A program made the position numbers and the translations under genes. From assembly GCA_017406465.1 (NCBI GenBank), contig JAFQYM010000009.1, positions 8,221 through 72,220 on the forward strand: 64,000 nt of DNA. Direction: 5' to 3'. Source of the DNA: Kiritimatiellia bacterium. Its GTDB lineage: Bacteria > Verrucomicrobiota > Kiritimatiellia > RFP12 > UBA1067. Numbering within the stretch: position 1 is the stretch's first letter; each line of letters opens with the position of its first letter. Of this stretch, positions 57,706 to 64,000 are shown piece after piece. The notes under the pieces are model-generated. The model searched no databases, was not told where the DNA came from, and worked only from the letters and a program-made list of their open reading frames with translations.

Positions 57706-57716
57706 ATTATACCATA
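57706..57716 (-). promoter_or_regulatory. Extended -10 element TATGGTATAAT upstream of pyrF
   Basis: Reverse strand reads ggagaaTATGGTATAATacagcagaaagggctttaaaATG. Confidence 0.5.
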
Positions 57717-57751
57717 TTCTCCGTTCGCCACGACACCCGTCGTCTATGCAC

Positions 57752-59335
57752 TCACGTCTGCGAGTACAGTACCTGCGAAGTGGCCGCGTCCAAAATCGAG
57801 AACGCCTCTGGATGGCGGTGAAGCTCCGAAACGAAGGTGAGCCGCGTGTTGAACTGCTTCTGCATCTGCGCGAGGATGTCGGCGTCCTCGGTCCTGAGGC
57901 GCTGCATCACCTGCGGCGCGATGACGATCTTCGGCTCGAACGGCTTCTTGTCGGCCTCGGCCTTGCGGAGAAGCGAGACGAGCTTACGCTGAAGCTCTAT
58001 CGAGACGGACATCGGAGACTTGACGAGCCCGTGGCCCGAGCAGTAGGGGCACTTCGACGTGAGCATCGAGAGGATCGAGCGGTCCTGGCGCTGGCGCGAC
58101 ATCTCGAGAAGTCCGAGCTCGGAAATCTCGAGGACGTTCGTGCGGGCGCGGTCGCGCTTAAGCGCATCCTTTAGCGCGCGGTACACCTGCTTTTGGTGCT
58201 TACGGGACTTCATGTCGATGAGGTCGAGGACTACGAGCCCGCCGATATTCCTGAGCCGGAGCTGGCGCGCGACTTCCTCGACGGCCTCGAGGTTCACTTC
58301 GAGAATCGCTTCCTCCTGGCTGCCCTTGCCCTTGTGGTGGCCGGTGTTGACGTCGACTGCGATAAGCGCCTCGGTCTCGTCGATGACAAGATACCCGCCC
58401 GACTTAAGCGGCACCTGGCGCGAGAACGCCTCGGCAAGCTGACGCTCGAGACCGTAGTGCTCAAAGACGTTGGTGACGCCGTCGTAGCGGCGAATCTTTC
58501 CCTTGGCGCGGCGCGATATGCGACCCGTCACCTCGCGCATAGACTCGTAGCTCGCCTCGTCGTCGATGACGATCGCGTCGACATCCTCTGTAAGCCAGTC
58601 GCGGACGACGCGCTCGCAGAGGTCTGGCTCCTGGAAGATGCAGCACGGCGTCCTAAGGCGCTTCGTGTTCGACTGCATCTCGCTCCAGACGGAGAGCAGG
58701 TTCCTGAGGTCGCGAGCGAACGCGCGGGAACTCGCGCCTGCGCCGACGGTGCGAACGACGAGGCCGACGTTCTCGGGAAGCGGAAGCTTGTCGAGTATCT
58801 TCTTTAGGCGCAGACGCTCCTTCGCGTCGCCGATCTTCTTTGAGACGCCGCGGATACGCGTACCAGGCATCATGACGAGATACCGCCCGGGGATCGAGAG
58901 GTTCGCGGTGACGCGAGGGCCCTTAGTCGAGATCGGGCCCTTCGTAACCTGGACGATGATCTCGCTCCCGGGAGGGAAGCGCTTCGCAATCTCGGCATCC
59001 GAGAGGCGGTTCGACTTCCTGCCGCCCTTCTGCCCCTTCTTCGGCTCGTCGTCTTCGTCCAGGAGCGCATCCGCATCGGGCGTCATGTCCCAGTAGTGCA
59101 GAAACGCGTTCTTCTTGAGCCCGATGTCGACGAACGCCGCCTGAAGGTCGTTCTCGAGGTTCTGGACGCGCCCCTTGAATATGCTCCCTACGAGGCGCTC
59201 GGCCTCGGGATGCTCGACCATGAACTCCTCGAGGCGGCCGTTTTCAAGGACCGCGACGCGGGTTTCAAGTTTTTCCACGTTTACTATTATCTCGCGCTTC
59301 AGCTTTGAGCGCTTTAGCCATCCGAACAGGTTCAT
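57752..59335 (-). CDS. rng: Ribonuclease G (RNase E/G family, S1 domain plus catalytic domain)
   Basis: N-terminal S1 domain. DNase-I-like and Mg-site region VIDETEALIAVDVNTG. 527 aa fits RNase G. ATGA-coupled to rodA. Confidence 0.8.
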   Translation of the reverse strand: MNLFGWLKRSKLKREIIVNVEKLETRVAVLENGRLEEFMVEHPEAERLVGSIFKGRVQNLENDLQAAFVDIGLKKNAFLHYWDMTPDADALLDEDDEPKKGQKGGRKSNRLSDAEIAKRFPPGSEIIVQVTKGPISTKGPRVTANLSIPGRYLVMMPGTRIRGVSKKIGDAKERLRLKKILDKLPLPENVGLVVRTVGAGASSRAFARDLRNLLSVWSEMQSNTKRLRTPCCIFQEPDLCERVVRDWLTEDVDAIVIDDEASYESMREVTGRISRRAKGKIRRYDGVTNVFEHYGLERQLAEAFSRQVPLKSGGYLVIDETEALIAVDVNTGHHKGKGSQEEAILEVNLEAVEEVARQLRLRNIGGLVVLDLIDMKSRKHQKQVYRALKDALKRDRARTNVLEISELGLLEMSRQRQDRSILSMLTSKCPYCSGHGLVKSPMSVSIELQRKLVSLLRKAEADKKPFEPKIVIAPQVMQRLRTEDADILAQMQKQFNTRLTFVSELHRHPEAFSILDAATSQVLYSQT

Positions 59336-60501
59336 CTGTCATTCTCCCTTCTATGTATTGATACGCTTTGTACGATGCCGAGGCCGGCCATCACCGTCAC
59401 GAGGAACGTCCGCCCTGCCGATATGAACGGCAGCGGCAGCCCCGTGATCGGGACGAGCCCTATCGACATCGCTATGTTTATGAAAACGTGCGCGAACACA
59501 AGGGTCGAGACGCCGATCGAAACCAACCGTCCCCTTCCATCCGCGGCGACATACGCCGTCCACACGCACGGAACGAGAAGCGTTCCGAAAAGTGCGAGCA
59601 GCACGACCGATCCGACGAACCCCGCCTCCTCCGCGTACACGCAGAAGATGAAGTCGTTCATCGAAATTGACTGCGGCAGGTACTTCAGGTGGTTCGTCTC
59701 GCCCTTGCGGAACCCCTTGCCGGAGAAACCGCCGGAGCCGATCGATATCATCGCCTGCCTTAAAGTGTATCCCGCGGCGTGAGGATCCTCGTCGGGGAAC
59801 AGGAAAATCTTGACCCGCTTCACCTGGTGCGGCCTTAGGGGCACGAACTTCAGTATCGTCGCCTTCCTTGCCTCGGTGACGCCAGGCCTCTCCGCCTCGT
59901 ATACCGCCGCGAGAACGGCCGACACGACGATTGCCGCGATGCATGCCGCCGTAAGAATCCCACGCCGCCAGACGCGCGCGACAAAGAGCATCACGAGCGT
60001 CGCGGGAAGGAGCGCGAGCATAGTGCCGAGGTCCGGCTCGAGAAGTATGAGCAGCGCAGGAACTCCTATCACCGCCAGCGCGACGAGGAAACCGTAGAAC
60101 TTCCGCAGCCACGGCCGCTCGTCGGCAGATCCGTATATCCACGCGAGCGCCGCGATAACGCAAAGCTTCGCCACCTCGCTCGGCTGGAAGAACCAGAGCC
60201 ACCGCCGCCCGCCGTAGGTCGAGGTTCCGACGATAAGGACGGCTACGAGAAGGACGAGCGAGAAGAGATACGACGGCGCGGCGAGAAGGTTCAGGTAACG
60301 GCGGTAGTCGAAGAAGGCAAGCACGAAATAGATGGCGAGCCCAAACACCGCCGTCGAGAGGTTCGCTTTCCACATTGAGTGGAACAGCTCCTCCGTCCTG
60401 GCGTTGCCAGCCGAGTATATCGCGGCCGTGCCGAGCGCCACGAGCGCCAGCATCGCCACGAACATCAGCCAGTTGAACCTCTTGAGCTTATCGATCATCA
60501 C
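59332..60501 (-). CDS. rodA: SEDS-family peptidoglycan glycosyltransferase RodA
   Basis: 10-TM SEDS protein. ATGA-coupled downstream of mrdA in the mreBCD cluster. Confidence 0.8.
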   Translation of the reverse strand: MMIDKLKRFNWLMFVAMLALVALGTAAIYSAGNARTEELFHSMWKANLSTAVFGLAIYFVLAFFDYRRYLNLLAAPSYLFSLVLLVAVLIVGTSTYGGRRWLWFFQPSEVAKLCVIAALAWIYGSADERPWLRKFYGFLVALAVIGVPALLILLEPDLGTMLALLPATLVMLFVARVWRRGILTAACIAAIVVSAVLAAVYEAERPGVTEARKATILKFVPLRPHQVKRVKIFLFPDEDPHAAGYTLRQAMISIGSGGFSGKGFRKGETNHLKYLPQSISMNDFIFCVYAEEAGFVGSVVLLALFGTLLVPCVWTAYVAADGRGRLVSIGVSTLVFAHVFINIAMSIGLVPITGLPLPFISAGRTFLVTVMAGLGIVQSVSIHRRENDR

Positions 60502-62270
60502 CTATTCCCGTTCCCCGTTTCCCGTTCCCCGAATATCGCCTTGAGCACGGCGTTCACCTTCGGCGCGGTAGTTGTGCCGCCCGACTCTCCATTCTCGATC
60601 ACCATCGCAATCGCCACCGTCGGTTTCTCTGCCGGCGCGTAGGCGATGAACCACGTGTTCTTGCGCCTCGTCGCGCCAAGGCCGACCTCGGCCGTTCCCG
60701 TCTTGCCCGCGACTGCGACTGCGACACCGTCTCCGGCAAGACGCCCGGTGCCGCCGTCCACCACCATCCTCATGCCCTCCCTAATGACGGCGAGATTCTT
60801 CGCGGAAAACGGCAGCGGAGTACGCTCGACCGGCGAATCTGCCCTCAGTCGCGGCCTCGTGAGGAAGCCTGTTCCTATCGCACCCGCGAGACGCGCCATC
60901 TGGAGAGGCGTCACGAGCAGCTGCCCCTGGCCAATCGATGCATGCGCCAGATCGCTCGCATACCACGGCAGGTCGTAGTGGCTGCGCTTGTATTCCTCCG
61001 ACGGTACTACGCCCGCGGAATCCTGCGGGAAGTCAATCCCCGTCTTCGCGCCGAGCCCCATCGCGCGCGCGGCGGAGAAAAGCGCATTCGTGCCGATGTC
61101 GCAACCAAGGTTACTGAAATACGTATTGCAGCTCTCCTTGATCGCGTGCTTCATGTCTATCGGGCCGTGCCCCCAGCGGCGCGCGCAGTGAAGCTTCATG
61201 CCGCCAAGCTCGAAAACTCCAGTGCATTCGTAGGAAACCTCTGGCGGGACACCAGCCGCAAGCCCCGCGAGAGCTGTCACTGGCTTGAACGTCGATCCCG
61301 GCGCATACGTCTCGAAGCAGGCACGGTTGCGGTAGTCATTCCTTGGATTCCTGAAGAGCCGGTCGTTTATCTCTGGCGTTAGCTGCGGGACGAGGAGGTT
61401 CAGGTCGTATGCGGGAGCGCTCGCAAGCGCAAGCACCGCGCCATTGCGCGGATCGATGACAGCGCATGCGCCGCGCTCTCCGCGAAGCTGGCGCTCGACC
61501 GCACGCTGCATCGCGACATCAAGCGAAAGCCGGAGATCCGGGCCTCGCCTCGCCTCGACGAGCACCGTCTTCTCGACGGCGAAGCCGCGCGCATCGACCG
61601 TTACCTGAAGCTCTCCCGAAGAGCCGCGCAGATAGCTGTCGTAGAACGCCTCGAGCCCTTCGCGTCCGCACATCTCCTTGTCGCGGAAGTTGAACTTCTC
61701 GCTACCCGCAGACTCCGTCTCGCGGCGGCCTACGAAGCCAATCACGTGCGCTGCAAGACGTCCCTCGGGATAGACGCGCTCTTCCGTCTCGATACAGGTG
61801 AAGCCGGGGAACTCCGCCGCGCGCTCCGCGAAGCGGGCTATTGGCTCGTCGCCGACGTCGCGCCAGACGATAAGAGGCCTCGCGAGCTGCTGGCGGACAT
61901 GGCGCGCTATCGCGTTCGTCGTGAGGGAGGAAGGAATGTCGATTGTCGCCGCCACGGCGTCCACGGCGTTCGAGATCGCGAGCACCGTGTCGTTCCACGA
62001 ACGGCGCTGGAAGCCCTCGGGGTTCACGGCGATGGACACCGACGCGCGGTTGTCGGCAAGCACCGTCCCGTCGCGCGCGAGGATTCGCCCGCGCGGACCG
62101 GCGGTCTGGACGGCGCGTATCGCCTGCCTCGCGCCGTCGTACGAGTGCTTCGCGGCGTCGACAAGCTGGACCTGCGCGAGACGGAAGCCGAGCGCCACGA
62201 GCCCGGCAACGAAGATGACGCCGACTGCGAGGACGGAGAGATCGCTCGCGATGGATGCTTCGCTACGCAT
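60498..62270 (-). CDS. mrdA: Penicillin-binding protein 2 (elongasome transpeptidase)
   Basis: N-terminal TM then transpeptidase motifs (SxxK in PGSTFKPVTALAGL, SxN, KTGT: GKTGTAEV). Start at the internal Met MRSEAS (62270) rather than the track start. Confidence 0.8.
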   Translation of the reverse strand: MRSEASIASDLSVLAVGVIFVAGLVALGFRLAQVQLVDAAKHSYDGARQAIRAVQTAGPRGRILARDGTVLADNRASVSIAVNPEGFQRRSWNDTVLAISNAVDAVAATIDIPSSLTTNAIARHVRQQLARPLIVWRDVGDEPIARFAERAAEFPGFTCIETEERVYPEGRLAAHVIGFVGRRETESAGSEKFNFRDKEMCGREGLEAFYDSYLRGSSGELQVTVDARGFAVEKTVLVEARRGPDLRLSLDVAMQRAVERQLRGERGACAVIDPRNGAVLALASAPAYDLNLLVPQLTPEINDRLFRNPRNDYRNRACFETYAPGSTFKPVTALAGLAAGVPPEVSYECTGVFELGGMKLHCARRWGHGPIDMKHAIKESCNTYFSNLGCDIGTNALFSAARAMGLGAKTGIDFPQDSAGVVPSEEYKRSHYDLPWYASDLAHASIGQGQLLVTPLQMARLAGAIGTGFLTRPRLRADSPVERTPLPFSAKNLAVIREGMRMVVDGGTGRLAGDGVAVAVAGKTGTAEVGLGATRRKNTWFIAYAPAEKPTVAIAMVIENGESGGTTTAPKVNAVLKAIFGERETGNGNR

Positions 62271-62709
62271 CGGCGCCCGCCTTTCTCCAGAGTCGCGGCA
62301 GAATCGCAAACGCCATTGCCAGGCACACGGCGCCGACCGGCACAGAAAGGAGGATGCGACCAGATGCGCCGGCAACGTCCGACACGAGCGCGAGCCATAC
62401 CTGGTACGACGGATAGGCGACGGCAATCCAGACAACCGGCTCGCGGAAGAACCTTATCGCCACGGCGATTGCGGCAAAGAACACCATAGCAGAGCCGGGG
62501 GGCAGCGAGCATATCGCCTCCTCGAAAGCGCCTGCGGCCACTGCCGCCATGATCCATATCGGCATCCGCGTCTCGACTGCAAAGAACACGGCGAGCGACA
62601 GAAGTATCGGGAACCCAAGCGAACCAATCGACGGCAACATGTCCTCCAGCGCCCCTCCGAGGACGATGGCGACGACGATGAACACAAACTGGACGATATT
62701 ATTTTTCAC
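62263..62709 (-). CDS. mreD: Rod shape-determining protein MreD
   Basis: Small 5-TM protein between mreC and mrdA. Confidence 0.7.
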   Translation of the reverse strand: MKNNIVQFVFIVVAIVLGGALEDMLPSIGSLGFPILLSLAVFFAVETRMPIWIMAAVAAGAFEEAICSLPPGSAMVFFAAIAVAIRFFREPVVWIAVAYPSYQVWLALVSDVAGASGRILLSVPVGAVCLAMAFAILPRLWRKAGADA

Positions 62710-63484
62710 GGCGGATGAAGACGTCCCTCAGCGTCGCAAAGTCGACAGCCGGCAGCACTTCACCCTCTCTTCTCGGCGAATCAGAGTCGTTTCTGACTTC
62801 GAGCAAAGTGCCAACGGCGATCCCCTTGGGATATATCCCTCCGAGACCCGACGTAAAAACCGAACTGCGCGGCGGGACCTCCGCCGCGGACAAGATGTGT
62901 TTCATGACAAGCCGCTCGTCAGTGCCGCCGGCGAGAGTACCACGAAGAACCCCGCCTCCCGGAAGCGACACTTCGCAGCCGACGCCGAGCGACGGATCGG
63001 TGACGAGACGGATTTCCGATGTGTGGGGCGTCACGGACTCGACCCGCCCGACAAGTCCTTCGGGAACGACGACTATCGCCCCTTCTCGCACACCGGCAAG
63101 AGAGCCCCTGTCGACCCTGAGCGCTCCGCGCGGCCCCGAGCCGCCGCCGACAAGCACTGCGGCAGCGAGCCACGTTTCCGGCTCCCTATCCCTGTATTCA
63201 AGAACACGCCTAAGCCGTGCGTTCTCGGCCTCGAGCCGCGCTACGTCCTCGCGCGCCAGCGCGAGCGCCGCGACCTCGCGCCTTAGGGCCACGTTTTCCG
63301 CAGAGGCCGCCGCTCCCCTGCAGGCGCCTTTCACGCGAGACCAGACATTGTCGGAAAACGCGCGGCGCGCGCGCTCGATCGGGAAAACCACCTCAAGGGC
63401 CGTTCCCCGAGAAAAAGCGACGACCGCCACGGCCATCGCCCCGAGGGCGATGAGCACGTATGCACCGGTCGTTCTTGCTTTCAT
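62699..63484 (-). CDS. mreC: Rod shape-determining protein MreC
   Basis: N-terminal TM, coiled-coil (ALALAREDVARLEAENARLRRVL), beta-rich C-domain. Confidence 0.8.
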   Translation of the reverse strand: MKARTTGAYVLIALGAMAVAVVAFSRGTALEVVFPIERARRAFSDNVWSRVKGACRGAAASAENVALRREVAALALAREDVARLEAENARLRRVLEYRDREPETWLAAAVLVGGGSGPRGALRVDRGSLAGVREGAIVVVPEGLVGRVESVTPHTSEIRLVTDPSLGVGCEVSLPGGGVLRGTLAGGTDERLVMKHILSAAEVPPRSSVFTSGLGGIYPKGIAVGTLLEVRNDSDSPRREGEVLPAVDFATLRDVFIRREK

Positions 63485-63522
63485 TCTGGCAAGTCCTCCT
63501 AAAAGCGGACTTGCCGAAGACT

Positions 63523-64000
63523 CTACGCACGCTTATTCTTCGAGAGGAAGTCGAGCTCGTTCATCACGACGCCCGTGCCCTCAGCAACAGCCGAAAGCGG
63601 ATCGTCCGCCACCGTGACGGGAAGCCCCGTCTGCTGCGCGAGAAGCTTGTCGAGGCCGCGAAGCTGCGAGCTTCCGCCCGACAGCACAAGGCCCCTGTCC
63701 ACAAGGTCAGCCGCAAGTTCCGGTTCGCACTTGTCCAGAGTGGACCTCACTGCGTCCACGATCTGGCCGACCGGCTCCTTCAGGGCTCCCCTGATTTCCT
63801 CGGAGGTTATCGTCAAAGTCTTCGGCAACCCCGCCACTATGTCTCTGCCCTTGATTTCGAGCGTCTTCTCCTCACCAGTCGGGAAGGCACTCCCTATCTC
63901 AATCTTTATCATCTCGGCCATGCGCTCGCCGATCAGCAGGTTGTAGACCCGCTGGATGTACTTCATTATGCACTCGTCCATCGCGTCGCCGCCCGCCTGG
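63523..64000 (-). CDS. mreB: Rod shape-determining protein MreB (C-terminal part only; gene continues beyond the window end)
   Basis: Actin-fold C-terminal sequence LVLSGGSSQLRGLDKLLAQQTGLPVTVADDPLSAVAEGTG. Confidence 0.85.
   Translation of the reverse strand, partial: QAGGDAMDECIMKYIQRVYNLLIGERMAEMIKIEIGSAFPTGEEKTLEIKGRDIVAGLPKTLTITSEEIRGALKEPVGQIVDAVRSTLDKCEPELAADLVDRGLVLSGGSSQLRGLDKLLAQQTGLPVTVADDPLSAVAEGTGVVMNELDFLSKNKRA

Overview
This 64 kb window is high-GC bacterial chromosome (roughly 60% GC) with a lower-GC stretch at about 22.6-32.4 kb, and it is coded almost entirely on the minus strand (only 9.6-14.8 kb is plus).

Recognisable core genes include the following.
- A TolC/HlyD(MacA-like)/MacB-ATPase efflux locus.
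- livHMGF.
- tRNA-Pro(TGG).
- arfB.
- ppiB.
- gatC-gatA.
- A TolB-like propeller.
- argJ.
- Citrate synthase.
- murG.
- pyrF.
- rng.
- A mreB-mreC-mreD-mrdA-rodA cluster.

The accessory content stands out in three places.

1) Minus strand, about 14.9-32.7 kb: eight co-directional genes, several translationally coupled (ATGA overlaps). They encode giant uncharacterised multidomain proteins.
- A Sel1 protein.
- A secreted PBP1/LivK-like binding protein.
- A 1678-aa protein with a PBP1-like N-terminus, a doubled SHNIG His motif, a GHKL-like N-box and an internal tandem module.
- A 1195-aa receiver plus RIO/Kdo-like kinase fusion.
- A PGAM-type His phosphatase.
- A 687-aa polytopic membrane protein.
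- An 840-aa protein combining a 2TM-pore/2xRCK cation-channel layout with a C-terminal Pol-beta nucleotidyltransferase motif.
- An 819-aa orphan.

A YhcG-type PD-(D/E)XK nuclease and tRNA-Pro lie nearby. I regard this as the best candidate for an undescribed signalling or defence system in the window.

2) Plus strand, 11.4-14.8 kb: a soluble chimeric AAA+ protease (Clp_N plus a ClpA/B-D2-type AAA, an FtsH-type AAA and an M41 HEAGH peptidase) with a translationally coupled small ORF.

3) Downstream of pyrF: a coupled operon.
- A TPR/Q-N-rich protein.
- A 1472-aa secreted protein with thrombospondin-type Ca-binding repeats and a lipase-like domain.
- A tandem array of four paralogous secreted proteins (one truncated), separated by duplicated scars of the giant gene's 3' end. 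These scars form coupled 23-43-codon mini-ORFs.

Other observations.
- A recurrent extended -10 motif TATGGTATAAT at five sites, all oriented for minus-strand genes (one gives a leaderless ppiB).
- A tandem repeat carrying SD-like cores upstream of gatC.
- An 8-bp coding microsatellite.
- A probable frameshift at about 2.18 kb.
- An internally collapsed ADP-ribosylglycohydrolase next to an ASCH protein.
- An efflux locus with no permease gene.

All domain calls rest on motif recognition by eye. No database search was possible.
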